From Lophium mytilinum (taxonomy: Eukaryota), in contig MU004203.1 in NCBI GenBank assembly GCA_010093605.1, positions 388,391-452,390 of the forward strand: a DNA stretch of 64,000 bases, read 5' to 3'. The translations under genes were made by a program, and so were the position numbers. Every line of letters starts with the position of its first letter. The stretch's first letter is position 1. Below, in pieces: positions 39,528 through 53,589 of this stretch. The notes under the pieces are model-generated. The model had not been told where the DNA came from. It worked only from the letters and a program-made list of their open reading frames with translations, and ran no database searches.

Positions 39528-41999
39528 TAATTTCGCATGTTATATACCTCCCATGTCGACGCTTGCTTCATTTCGGATTGTCTTCATTTCGACAGTGTTT
39601 CCGCCTGGATTGAAGACGTTTCAGTGACGCTTCCGTGATTTGGCGGACAGAGCGACCGAATCGGGTTGCGCCATTCAATTTTCTTAGGCTACGCACCAAT
39701 ACTTCAGACTCACATGCTTCCGCATCGCACAATTCGCCCAGTCCGACTCAATCATGTGGCTTTTGTTCTGATTCAAGTACTCGATGAACAGGTGAAGGGA
39801 TGCTTGGCTCCCCTATTTCGCCACTGACACAGAGGCAAAGGTATGCAATGCTAAAAAGGGTGGTCTGGGGTGTACCCACAAGATGCTTTCAGGCTGAACT
39901 CGCCAACGGAGCAGTCGGACGAATGCGGAAATGCTTGCATCGAATTCAAGGAGTTGGTGAAATCAGGAGCGCTCGGAAGACAACGGGCATTCTGCCTGAT
40001 ATACTAGCCACACAGTCGGCAAGTGTGTACGGGTCTGGTGAGTCGTTCGTAGGAGCTCATGGTGTGGTGACATCTGCTGCCGCTGCTGACGTTCAATCAT
40101 GCCCCCGCTAGAAGCGCCCTGGCTAACCTAGAGTATACAGGCGGAGGCCTTTTAAATCGTCGATCCTGCAGAGCAACCAACCCGGCGAGCCGGAGGCGCC
40201 ATGGGGCGGCCTTGTATGGATAGGGTATGCTGATGCAATGCGCTCATCCTCGACACGGGCAGACACCATACGCCTTCAGCTGCTAACCCAAACGCGATGG
40301 CTTGCCCCCGCAACGGGGGTCCCGTCAGTGCAAAATAGACCGGGAGGCCCGCAAATTGGAAGAGCTGGCGGTGTACCGGCCGACCTGTCAGTGTTCTGTC
40401 GACCCACCCTATGGAAGCTTCCGCTAGTTTTGCAGTTAGATCGACGGGGAAGCGTGAGCAGCCCTGCGAGCGGGTGCCCGGCCACGAGCTTATCTGGCTG
40501 CGTCCTGTCATTTCCGTCGGCATTCTGCCGAACGCTGCGAGTACACGCGATTCATGACGTCGCAGCATGCTGAAGTCGCGGCGGAAGAGGTCTGAGGTCG
40601 CGGCCGCATGCTCGCCAGACGGGTCGCAGAAGAGGTCTCCAGCATGCCCAGTCTTGCACCGCACATCTCCAAGCACTGCCGGGACTTTGGGGGTCGGTCC
40701 AGGGCAGCGGGCTCGCACGGCCGCCGCCCACGAGGCGGGAATTTTGACGGGCGATATGGTGCGTGCTGCTGGGATGTGAGGGGATCCCAGAGGCGAGGCT
40801 AAACGTCTGCCGGAACACTTTCCATCAACCCCATTCGCCGTACGGGCCCTTGACCCGGGCACTGGGACGGCGCCAACCTCATCGACATCGGCACCCGCAC
40901 GCGCAGCAGCCACCCAGATGGACCTCCTTGACAACGGCGTCTTCACGCAGGCTGACTGGCTGGGGGGCACTAGCAGCGCCACTTCGGTTCGCTGTTAACC
41001 TCCGCCGAGGCACGACGAGGCACCCTGAAGCAGCTGAGCCATGGATATGCCTAGCGGACTACACGGCATCGGCCTGAACAGGGACTTTCGCAGGGAGCAC
41101 CATATCGTGAACGTCACAGGCCTGAACAGGGCGTCCTCAGCGGATTCCCGGGACTCCAGGTGCCAGTGGAGCAATGCGGCATCATGGCCCTATGGCCCCT
41201 CCAACAGAGCTCGGCACACCAATGACGCGGCGCCGCTGCCAGGCCCGCCGTCTGGCAGAAACACTGAGCTTGCAGGGACTGGGGAGCATAGCACAGTAGC
41301 TGCAGGTGTGCAGGCATAGCGGCTGGCATGCGGCTGGCAAGTGAACAGGCATGGCTGGCCCGGGGAGGGGGGGAAGACACCCCACCGCGCTCCGCCCTGA
41401 GCACGCATGCTTCGAGCCAAGCGCTCCGCCAGCATCCCACGCGCCTCAGCGCAAGCCAACGTGGAACCCTCCAGGATCCGCGGCGCAGATCCGGTCGCCA
41501 TGTGTGCGAAGAGACGCCGCCGCCTGCGATGCCGCCGCCCTGTCATCCCCCGGTCCTGGTGGCAGTCCTAGTGCCGTCCTGGTCCTAGTGCACTCGTCTG
41601 CCACCTCCCAAAAGGGTGCACATCAAACCGCGCACCCTCCCTCTTGCAAGCACCGCGCAGTTGGACGGCCGGCCCTAGTTCTTGTGCCCGCTCTCCCCGT
41701 CATGGCTCAGCGCACCTGCATCGTTACAGCTTCTGGAGCCCCAAGGCTCGGACCATTCCATGAGCTGCACCTGGACAGTATGCACACCGTTCCCAAAGGA
41801 GCCCGTCCTGAGGACCTCTGCGGCTGCGAGAGGCGCACTACTTATGGGCCGGACCGCCACCGCTGCTTGTATCTTGCTATCAAAAAAGCAACTCAGTCTA
41901 TCCGTCTTTCCCACCTTCCGCTACCATCACTAGTTCCGCTCTCTTTGCTGCCTCCTCCAAGGTTCTGCCCGCACCCTGACATCACTACCCACCAGCGTG

Positions 42000-42331
42000 A
42001 TGTGCGATTACACTCAAGTCCACTACAAATGCTCCCATCTCCGATATACTGTCCGGGCATGGTGCACCAAATATCAGGAGACGCACAAAAGATGTCCCGC
42101 CAATGTTGTTGCAATGTAAGGACCCTCGAGTTAGCCGGCTCAATGCCCGGGTCAAGCCCGCTCAGATCTAACGCATATGCAGAGAATACCGGCTCGACGA
42201 AAACTGTGGTGCGTGGAATTGCTCTATCTACTTGGGGCACTACGTCATGGACTGACCGCACATTTGTAGGAGACTGTAAAGACACGTCGTCGAAATCCGG
42301 CAGGACCGGGTCTGCTTCTGGGTCAAAGTGA
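42000..42331 (+). CDS. Small Cys/His-rich protein, 67 aa, 3 exons (not in the ORF track)
   Basis: Exons 42000-42115, 42183-42208, 42270-42331. Introns GTAAGG..CTAAC..CAG and GTGCGT..CTGAC..TAG join in frame to MCDYTQVHYKCSHLRYTVRAWCTKYQETHKRCPANVVAIEYRLDENCGDCKDTSSKSGRTGSASGSK*. Confidence 0.8.
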
Positions 42332-45300
42332 ATTGCTGGTCGAGTCATTTCCTTCGCAAGGCGCACACGGATGGGCTGGAGGGTATACCCAGGGAAAAGT
42401 CCTGCAATCTGCTGCTAGAAAAATTGTACTACATTGTTTCCCGTCGTCATCTTCGTCCCCAGCTTTTGCCTGCGCCCGACACCGCGTGCCAATCTTCGTT
42501 CGTCGCGGTCGCTTGACTGCAGGTGATGTTCTGGGATCGTTCTGGCGCGGCCACTAGCGGCGCTCAGCCTACTTTCGCTGCTGCATGATGCATGGCATGG
42601 GTCCCTTCCTCTATCTCCTGCAGGTCTCTGGAAGGGCCTCCTTCTCCCAGGTATGGGCGTGCCATCATGATCAAACGGCCGCGAGTGCGTCACCCGGGAT
42701 AAACTCCGGCAAGCTCTACTACGACGTTGGTTACACCCGCAGCCGTGCCCAGCGGTACCGTCTTAGAGGACCCGTGTGCTGGACCGCGCGGAGGGTAACT
42801 CCACCCGCGTTTCCCAAGCCTGGTGATGGGTGCTGGGAAGACGTCGCGCACAGTATTTGTATGACTTGTGCAACTGCAACCGCTGCCTACAAACCTCACA
42901 ACCTCACGTCTTACCACGACGTAAGCATCTTGGGCACGCCAGACCCGACATCATTTTCCTTGTTCTCTCTTCCAGCCTTCTCTCTCGGATTGATCCGGCG
43001 CACAGTTTCCGCCTGCAGCCGGACCATGGCCCGGTACATAAATGCGCTGTCTTCGAGCTCAGGGCCATGAAATGGCGGTCAAAACATGCTCAGGATACAC
43101 GAGTCAAATCCTGCTCTTCATGTGCACAGGCTGGCTGAGGCGGACGTCTGCTTGTACATTCGTACACTGCCTTTCATGTTCAACGCTCGGGATCAAGGCG
43201 CTTGCCTGAAGCGGTTCCGCCGTCCGATCATACGTCCCTGCTATCAGCCACTTCTAACGTCTTTCATCTGAATCGAAGGTCGCCCGCGCCGCTGTCACGA
43301 TACATGACGACAACGAGTCATGGCAATGCCCGGCCACTACTTCCCCCGCTACAAGGTAGACTTACCTGTCTTGTAACCGGTGCCCACGTCACCCCACGAC
43401 GTCGTCAAACTTCACCGCATATCCTCTGCGAGCAAGCAAGCAGCTACTCGCGATCGGATCGGAAGATGTTGCGCGCCTTACGGCAGCCGGCGATCATCAT
43501 CTTGAGCAGTGTGCAGCCAGGATCGGTACCACTTCAACGCGGAAGAAATGCCGAGAAGAGGACATCTCGTGTGTGTGCGATTATTGTGGGCCTGGTTCCG
43601 AATAAGTCGGGGGTGGGTACGGATGGTGTTCGCGACGATAGCCCCACTTGTGAGTCGTGAGAGAATGAAAACATAGAGGGTTGACGGCAGTACGCCCGGA
43701 GCTGTATCCCCATACGTCGTCGAATTTGTGGACCCCCCACGTGGTACGAAGGAGATCTTTTGTGTCGCAGCGAACTCTCCGGGTCTTCGGTAATCTGCAC
43801 AGGACCCTGCCCTACGAGCACGACACCCACGTCCAAACGGCCTGCCAAACGGCCACACCCTCGGCAAAACCCGGCAGCAATGGCCAGACATCCTGATCAT
43901 GCCGTGCATTGGGGGGAGATCGTCTGCCGGGCGAGCCCATTCGACAGCAGGTATTCACTCTCTCCTGAGAATGGCGATGGCATGGTGTGACTGGTTGGAA
44001 TTATGGATTTGCGGTCGTTTGAGGGAAATAGGTGAATGGATAGCTCTAGCGTTCGACACGCCGACTTCGGATATCAGCCCATGGGCCGATGGACCAAAAG
44101 TGTTGCGCGGTACCCCTGTCCAGCGATGATATCAAGCTCGATACTCGTCCTTTTGGGGAACCCTACATAAGGCTAATGCAGACTGCTCCACTCAGGCCCA
44201 CTGGTGTCCTCAGCTAGCACTCTTTTCCTCCGATTAGATGATCAGACAACCCGAGTATCCACGATTATAATCGAAACGAGTGGGGCCTTTCACGTGGAAA
44301 ACCGGGAGGTGATGCTAGACGTCACCCCTCCCTCCTCTCACCGCCTGCGGGACCACCAAGAGAACCATTGAGTTGCGACATCGCAGTGTCCAAGAACGGA
44401 TGGCCACGCTCACTCTGGCAATTTTGCTTCCTGGACAATCGCCAGTTATCAACAATCTCCCCCTGGCCACCGTGCATGCTCTGCCGGCATACAAGGCAGG
44501 GGAAAGAATTATATGCATACAATCGCACCTCGTCACATCCCGCTTCACTCCCTTGAATATCGATGTTTCAAGAACGTCACCGACACCGCCAACCACTTCA
44601 GCCCGTGCCGTTTGCCATGTCGCCTTACCCGAAACTCCATGAAAGACGAGCGGATCCGCACCCCCCGCTTGCGTCAACCTCAAGCTAAGGCATTTACCCG
44701 CAACGATTGGCTGGACGTTAGATTAAGGTCAGCCTTACTCACCCTAAAAGGTTCGCTGGACACAAGCCGGCCGCTGGGTGCATCCTTGAGCCGGATGCTG
44801 CGGGCGAGGAGCCGCGACAGTGAAGCGTTCGGCCTTGTTTCAAGCTTTCCAAGCCACTCTGGCCGCGCGCTTGTGCTTGGTGGTGGCATGCATGGTGATG
44901 TGGGTGGGTTGGAGCGAAGCTAACCCACAAATCGTTTTCGAAGTGGGGCCCCACGGTGGTGCCTCTCTCCTGTCACATACTAACCTCAAGTTAGACTAAT
45001 CTACAAAGTTCCAGGATTTCAAAGCATGCTCGTTTTACTTTGAGCCATGCACAACCCGGAACGGCACAGGACACCGGCTCCCGTGGTGGCCGGTCCAAGG
45101 ATGGAAGCCTCAATCCTGAAGGAAGATGGAAGTGCTCCAGCGACTCGCTTGCGATGCCTGCTGCATGCGACACCGCCTTTTTGACCTCACTTTTACTATG
45201 TACTCCGCTCTCTGTATGCTCAGGCCTCTCTTGTACACGGACAGGAGGATCTCAATTGACAGCGTCCACCTAACACGCTCGACTCGAGTGAGAACGGTCG

Positions 45301-48300
45301 GGAAAGGGGACAGGCAGGTCGGCATTGATATCAAGCATAACTTCGCCTATGCCAACGGCCCGCTATGCTCGCCGGGAAGCGGAACGTCTCTCTCCAGGTT
45401 CCGGCAGCAAAGGCCGCCCGGGCCGGCAGTGGCCAACGGCTTGTCGAATGGGTGGCGTAAAGAACCGCTGGAGCTGACTCGCAGCGCGTGGGAATGGTGG
45501 CTTGGGCGAACGGGTCGGCCCGCTGTCAAGGGCGTGTGGGGGTGTGGTTGGCTGGTTCCAAGATTCGGGTTGCCGATCATCGTTCGGCTAGTCAGACGTC
45601 GGGCCGATAGAACGAAAGGGTACGTCTCTACTGTAAGATTGGAACTCTGCTAGTCGTGCTAACAAGGGTATGAGGGGTTTGAGAAGAGTGGCACGTGAGC
45701 GGGTAGGAGGGGCTTCCATGTGCTGATGCTCACGCTTGACACGCGGTTTTGCGCAATAATTTAGGTGGAGCAGGCCTCAGACCTCCCCCCGTTCCTCCAA
45801 TCTGAATAGCGGGCCAGCGGCCGCGAAAACGGTCGGAGGGGTTGTTCCCTGGGTCAGCTACTGTACGAGATTGACGGTAAGCTTCGAGGCGAACCTGGTT
45901 TGCCCACACCGCCTGCGCCGTTTTCTTGATATCAGACCAATATCGAAATAGATATCCATACACATCTCTTGCATATCTATCTATTACCCCTGGCCCCCAG
46001 CCTCCGCGGAACGCCGATCCTCGCAGCAGCGGCCAGTCAGCTGAATCGTCGTGGGCCACGTTTTGGGCCGCCTGGTTGCCATGTGCTAGGATCGGCAGAA
46101 CTCGCGAACCTCTTGTCTCGAATTTTAACCTCGATTGAAAAATTTAGACTCGGGTTTTTAGCAGCTGGGCTATCCCGAACCCCGTTCCTTGAATATCCTT
46201 TTTGCGAGACAGGCTATCCTGGCCTGTCTAGAACCCAGTAGCTTATTCGCATCCGGACGAGCCTGTCTTCTTCGAGTGAGATGGCGTAACACGACATGAC
46301 TGTATTCGAGACCCGTCAGCGTGGTGCCTGGGAACTGGAGTGTCGATCTAGCGGCGGCGGTGAGGGAGTCATGATGGTCCGTTAGGATCCGCGGCATGAG
46401 GACGGACGCAAGTCATGAGTATGGGTTTGACTGGCATGTTCCTGGATAGACGAGGACCCACGGCTTACTTACATAAGTCATGGGCGTTCAAGGTTTCCTG
46501 GACCCTGCTTGCGTTCGCGGTGAGGTGAGGTGATACGCTGACTCAGGAAGTGCTGTTCTGTTCAGTTCTGTCTGTTGGTGCTTGAGGCACCTTAACGCTT
46601 ATTCAAATAGCTCAAAGGTGAAGAGGTTTCTTAACCCTTAAATCTTTAAAACCGCATTGCAGCACCCTAAAGCAGTGGCATGCAGGTATACACACCCACC
46701 CCTGCAGCTTTCTCGACTCAAGAGCGCCACTTCCCCCATACCCCCGCGTGGGTGAGTCGCGAGGCGACCTCTCGGCAAGCGAGGATCCCGTGAGGCGCTG
46801 CAAATACTCCGGTCATTGGCCCGACGTCTTTGGAAGCGAAAACGGCCTTATCACCTGGGAATATCCATGAACAGATCCAACACTGAAGCTTCTGCGGCTG
46901 CGATTATAAGCCTCCTGGACCCTGCTGGCGCTCGCAATAAGGCGAAGCGAACATTCAAGCGAGGCATAGTGAGGCGAGGCGATACTCCGGCTAGAAATAT
47001 TATGCCAAGATTCTGGAAAACGCAAAATGGTACGAGAGAGGTATCACATTCGAGTCTGGAACAAATGGTAGGACGCGAAGGTTGGTCGTCGGTAGGTCGT
47101 CGGTGGAATTGCTTTTTTTAGATCTTTCGCTTCACTGTTTCTTGTTATGTTCACGTTTGGACTTGTAATGGTGGTGGTGTTGTCGTGGTGACTATCTGAA
47201 ATGCTAACATCTTCATTCGAAATTTTAATATGGCACCCGTTTCTTGAGGGCGGATCTAAACCATCTGCAAATAGGTTTTACTCGCATCCTTCAGCTGCAC
47301 GAGACTGCGACGTGAAGGCAGGCATAAGCGCGACGTCGAGGCTCCACCTCTTCCCCAGCTCCCTAACTCATTTAGGTACTTGTGCTTTCTCCAATCCTCT
47401 CCCTCTTCTCCTCAGCTTCTAGCCTCACCTCCCGCTTCCCCTGAACCCTAGTGCCTGTCCAACATTCCTTCAGCCCACTCAAGTGCCGCAAAACGAGGCC
47501 GCTAACTCACGCTACGAAGTTAGTCCATGGATCATGCCGTCAACCACGCACACCATCACGGAAACTTGCGGGCGCTTAGCCCTACGCCTTCAAGCCTGCC
47601 CCTCCCTTTTCCAACCATTCCAGGAACTCACGCCGCGCTGCTGCAGGTGCCTTCGAAGTCTTGAGACGCGGTCACCAGGTCAGCCCAGGATGGGTGGCAA
47701 GGACATGGCGCCCTATCTACCCACTACCTACTGACTGCCAAGAAAAGCTTCGAGCTTGCTGGGATCGGCTTCTGGGGTCTCAACACCCGCGAGACCCATG
47801 ACCCTGGCACGCTGGAGCTTGCCGTGGGCTTTCCTGGGCGGGGGGAAAGGCACGCGCGAGGTGGAACGAGAACGAGTTGACATGGGCTATCCATGCATGA
47901 TACGCAGCTGGATGCATTGAGGTGCTTCCCGGCTGCCCTTCCTACTCGCGGAAGCTTGCGGGAGCGGATGCGGGCGAACTGGTGCCACTTTTCCATGCAG
48001 AGGTCTAGATTGGTGGTGATGTGAGGTGATGGATGGGTTTGATACTACGCTACCTTACTGCTCTCGGCCGACTGGGTGTCGCTGCTTTAGTGGAGGAGAG
48101 GGTTCGGTCTGCATGTGAAAAGGGGATCAGGAGAGGAGAGTTGTTGAAGGATGGAGGCGCATGTGAACATGGGATGGTTGGACGTGTCTTTGCGCGAGAG
48201 TGGGTAAGGGTTGTTTGTATTTTCGTCTTGATAACTAAACTGGTATGGCTTCATTCTAGAAGTTTAGATAGAGGGATATGTGATGTGTGAATTTGAACGA

Positions 48301-50970
48301 AAGCAAGTCTGAGGTATCGCGGGGGTATCTTGGTCTTGAAGTGCCTTTGCGTAAAATAGTAAAACGTTTCTAGATTGTGTGCGTTGAGGGCAAATGGATG
48401 GAAGTCTGAAGTCCGCACAGCCACGAACGCCACATCTCGGTGACACTACGATCGGTGCGACTACCTAGGTACTACTAGACGTACTATCAGGCTCAACATC
48501 ATCACTGTGACCAAAAGACCGAATGCAGCTCACCTGCTGAAGGCGACCCTGCTACGAAAGTATATCGCCAACTGCCAGAATAGCCAACGTGAGGTCTTCT
48601 TACGCGAACATTTCCTGCTTTGGTGACGCTGCTTGCGGGGTTTCCCAGCATACTCCTCCTCGAAGTCCATGTAAGGATGCCTCGCGTCGAGGTTACTCTC
48701 CGCCTTCACCCCAGATTCCATGGGTTTGTGGATCATGTTCCTAAGCCTTTTCTGAGACCAGCGCTAGAACCAAGCGAGCATTTGTCGCGTAGTTCCCCGT
48801 TTCCTGGAACAGTTCGGGCCTTTTTGGACGCCGGGGCAAAAGCCGGGCGATGCAGGTGGAAAGCTTGTAGGATCTTGCTTGCCTATGCAGATCCGAGCTC
48901 TCAGGTTTGAGTTCAGCTTGCCGGTAATACTATACGTACGTACCTACCACCAACTTCACAACCTTCCTGACCGATACGCTGACCGGTGAACCGATCGGTG
49001 TGGAAAGCGGGATTCACCCGCCGTAGTAGAGCCGACTGATTTTACCGCTCAGCGGTACAGGGTTTCGTGTAGATGCAAGCCCGTTGACGAGGTACGAAAG
49101 GAGATGGCGGCAATGCCAAGGCGCGGCATGCAAGGCGTCTTCCTTCGGACCGATTGAGGAACTTTGTCCTCTTCGGGTTTGAGTACCATCGGTTGGAGTA
49201 GCGCTGACGTGGAAGCAGGATAGAGTTTGGGTATGGGGATAGAGTTTGGAGATATCTCGGAGCGTCGGCGGATCGGAGGGTGGTGCTGGTTTTGGACGAC
49301 AAAGTTTAAAGTTAAGTGGGTGGCGTTTGTTGGCTACAGGGGAAGGAGTTGGATGCGGGGAACGATAGATGCATGGAGATCAGCTTGTAGGGATCGGTAG
49401 AGGGGGAGGAGTGCCGAGAAATACGTGTGACAGAGGATCCCTTGAGTGCATGGTGGAGGGCCTGGACGAGTCCATGAGAAGTCGATGAACGTATGGAATC
49501 TTGGTGTCCTTATCAACATCGTAGACTGCTGATCTTATCGTTTAATCCGGACCCTCCCCTACTCTGTTTAAAACTAGATATGGTTAACGACTGGTCGGAG
49601 CATGGTAGATAGTAATTCCGACTTAGAGCCTCTCAAAATATTAACGGAGCATTTTAATGGAAACAATTTCTGAATTTACTTGTATCATACCTCGTAGAAT
49701 CTGAAAAGTGCCTCCAAATTAACATGTGTCTGGAAAACATTCGGAGAAACGGCAATGCTGAAAAGACTTGGGCATGAAGCGAGACAGCAAAAGGAAGCCA
49801 CCGCATTGCGGTTAATATGAGACTGTTAAAGGTGAGCAATCATGCGCGGTGCAAATGATCAATATCATGAAAACCGTAAATAGGATAATATGAAAAAGCC
49901 GAGGAGTTGGTTCAGCAGGGTGCAAGCAATCACTGTGAAGATTGGGACCAATTGTCTGGCCTATCTTGAAACCATGACGGGGTAAAAACAGTCCTGAATG
50001 GCCTTTTCTTCCGCCGTGGAGTTGGATTGGTGTGGTGTGAGAACAAAGGTGGTCGTTAGAGGCATAGTCAGGAATGTCGAATTTTAAGGGTCCTTAATCC
50101 CACAGCTGCAATCAAAGTGGAGTAGAAATTATACATCGTTCTGTGAATAGCCTGCTGATCCAAGTGGGCATGTTTGATGTCTTCGGCAGGCTGCTGATGA
50201 GTGTTAAATCAAGACTTAGACTCAGAAGAAGGTGGAAATGACAGCGCGACATACTTCGATTGATGGGCAGAGAAACAACTTGACAAGAGCCTAGATTCAA
50301 GACTCTTCAGAGCAGTCGAAACATATAAGATGATGAACGCAATTGTTTTAGGGGAAAGAGACCTGGATGCAACTACCTTACAAAGGTAGCTTCGTTGGGC
50401 ATCTTCAGAGGAGACTCATGACGCAAAATGGACGGAAAGACGACAACTCATTCAGCAGTCTAATGAATCCTCGATAACTAACCAACGACATGGCTGATCG
50501 AATGTGCTCTCTCTGTGTTCTCCTTCTCTGGTTTCAATATAGACCGATGTTCTCGTGGTTCATCGTTATGGCGCAAAGCCATGAGGCACGAGGTTTGATC
50601 TAGGTACAGTAGTGGATCTTCACACTCCGAATACACAGTTTGGCAGGTGCTCTCGATAAAACCAGTAGATCTGTAGTTTAATGGGCTGCTCCTAAAGGGG
50701 TTTCAGCTTTGCATCCATTACACAACGCAGTTTGTAGCCATTCAACGACGACTCGGTCGTATGTCTATAAGCACGTAGGGCTTACGAGAACCCCTAGATG
50801 CTGCGAAACAAAATAGAATACAATGCATGTTACTCATAAGTGAAAAGTTTATTGTAGGTTGAGGGGTGAAGGCTGGTCGTCACATGAAGTCGCGTTACCC
50901 CTAATCGATCGACTCCTTCGGTCCCCGCTGTGCCGCTTTCCGTTCCAAAAATTCCATCGGCATCACCACT

Positions 50971-52344
50971 ATGGCTGACCTCCCCGCTGACGGCTTTTAC
51001 GTTCTCGTCACAGGCGCAAACAGGTATCTTCCAACGAACTCCAAGACATTGAGTGTCTAGCTAATCGGCTCCAGTGGCCTCGGCCTAAGCATCGGGTGCC
51101 GCCTCATAGACGAATTCATACACACACGTCCTCAATCACAGACCCTCGTGCTCATCAGCACCACGCGTGACGCCCGGAAAGGCGCAGCGACGACCGCTGC
51201 GCTCCAGAAACATCTTCAAGATGTGTGTCGGAAAGCGGAGCGCAGTATCCCGGGCTTCACAATGCTACTGCAACGACGCGTGCAGTTCCGCGAAGAGATA
51301 CTGGATCTGACGTCCCTCCTCTCCGTCCAACGCCTCGCGAGGAAATTAAAGTCAGAGATACCTCGTCTTGACGTCTTGATATGCAATGCCGGCATCGGCG
51401 GCTGGACAGCCATGAATTGGCCTCGCGCCATCTGGACCGTCCTCACGGACACAGCCCACGCAACCACATGGCCTGACTTCAAGATCTCAGGCGTGGGATG
51501 GGTCACGAAACCACAACTACCGAAGGATTCGCAAGGCAAACAGACGGCAGAGCCACCCCTCGGCGAAGTTTTCTGCGCAAATCTGTTCGGCCATTACGTC
51601 CTCGGCCACGCGCTGACGCCGCTCCTCTCGGCGGCAGCAGCTACGGAAGAGAGCGGCCGCATAATCTGGATGTCCAGCATCGAGGCACCAGCACGCGACT
51701 TCAACATGGACGACTTCCAAGGCCTGAAGTCGTCGCATCCATATGAGAGCTCGAAGCGGATCACGGATTTGTTGGGTATGACGGCTGAGCTGCCTTCGAC
51801 GGCGCCGTGGACGAGCACATATTTCTCATTCACATCACCACCAACGTCTACGAAAGAAGAAGAGGCTGGGTATGAAAGTAGCAACAAGCCCCGAATCTAC
51901 ATCACCCACCCCGGTGTCTGCGCAACTGGCATATTTCCGCTCCCCTGGATCCTCGCGATCGGCATGACGGCGGCCTTCTGGCTCGCGCGGTTGCTGGGTA
52001 GCCAGTGGCATTGCATAACGGCGTACAAGGGGGCGACGGCGCCAGTGTGGGTGGCACTGGCGGAGCAGGGGACGCTGGACACGATGGAGGGGCGGGAGGG
52101 ACGGGGGAAATGGGGGAGCGCGACAGATGGGTGGGGGAGGGAGCGGGTGGAGCGGACGGAAGTGGATGGGTGGGGGTGGGGCGGAACGGTAGGTGAGTTT
52201 AGTAGGAGGAAGGGGAGGTGGCGGCACGCGACGGAGCTTACGGCGGAGGGGAGGGCGGAGTTTGAGGAGCTGGGACGACTGGCGTGGGCGGAGATGGAGA
52301 GGCTGAGGGAGGAGTGGGAGGAGAGGCTGGAGGGGCTGGAGTAG
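50971..52344 (+). CDS. ERG27: 3-keto-steroid reductase (ergosterol biosynthesis)
   Basis: Exon 1 50971-51023 and intron 51024-51074 give VLVTGANSGLGLSIGCRLIDEF; also LICNAGIGG, VFCANLFGHY, PYESSKRITD, HPGVCAT. Confidence 0.92.
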
Positions 52345-53589
52345 GAATGGGGTGGGAGTACGCATCTGGTCACACATCTAGTGGAACGCTAGGTTGGTTG
52401 CTGTATACGATGAGAAAGAGTACGAATACGCCGACAATGGTACATTAATCAAGGTCACGTCCTGTGGACGATGACCTGTCACCGAGTACCGGGACCTTCA
52501 CCAGTTGTACCAGTGTCACGTGGTGCGACCCAGCAATGCGATCCCAGACTACAACGACACAACGCGAGAAGGACGAGAAAGCCGTTGGTGGCTATTGACG
52601 ACCCGAAGGCGCTGCAGTAATACTGGGTGCTGCAGTCATCGGTCCGTACTACGGCTTGTTGCAGTGGTTCAGGCGAGACGGTCTTTGTCCCGACGACGCG
52701 GTTCTCTTAAGGGTCTTTAAGGGCTCTGGAACGGATGTGTGCATTGCGTTTGGCATTCGTTGGGAGCACTCGGTTGGCCACGGCTGGCGATGCCGGTGGA
52801 GTCGTAGGGAGGCGGCATTGCCACGTCAAGACGTGATGTGATGCTGCTTATCGTGACTTTTCCTTTTCGTGGTGTTTCGATGCCTGAGGCCGCTCGGGCC
52901 GAAAAGGGTGCGGGAGCGAGCGTGAAGACAGGGCGGCGTCGCAGGCTTCTCCTTGCAGCCAGTGTGCAAGTTTCCTCTCCATCAGCACGGCGGTGGCGGC
53001 TTCGCTTGGCCGGATCGCAACGGGAAAAAGGAAGCTGAAATAGAACGGCGACGTGCATGACGGCATCACGCTGCCCGCCCCTCTCTTGCGATGGATGGAA
53101 CAGTGGTGTTCTCTGATTTTCAACATCACGATAGCGACTGAGCCCAGGTTAGGGGCTGCTGCAGGCTGAGGACCTGGGCCCGGTGTGATAGTGCAGTGAT
53201 CCCGACGGTTGTGATCTGGCCGGCGATCCAGTGAATATAGCAGCCAATCAGACGTGCGGGCTGCTCGCGCGTCGTCTCCCCGGGATTGCGAGCACAGCGC
53301 AGTCTGCAGCCCGATACTTTCTTTTCACAATCCGCACGTCGCCCGCCCAACCTGTTCACGCCGTAAAGAATCTCACCCAGCCATCTTCCACCCACCACAG
53401 CATCCTCATCTCTCCTCTCCAACGCCTCTCTCTGTGTGCTGTCTCCGCGCTCGTCTGTAGGTAGCGTCCCGTCAACCTGCGTTTGACCCGCCGTCTCTGA
53501 CTAGTTTCTCTTCGCAGACCGCCAACTCACCCTTCGTTCAGACCGCCTTCTACGAACCACTTCACTCCGCTCCCACGGCCTCGCAGGTC

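Noticed and set aside
40152..41999. Long ORFs of 276 aa (-) and 326 aa (+)
   Set aside because: GC-rich chance ORFs with no recognisable motifs; the 326-aa ORF only shares its last exon frame with the real microprotein gene.
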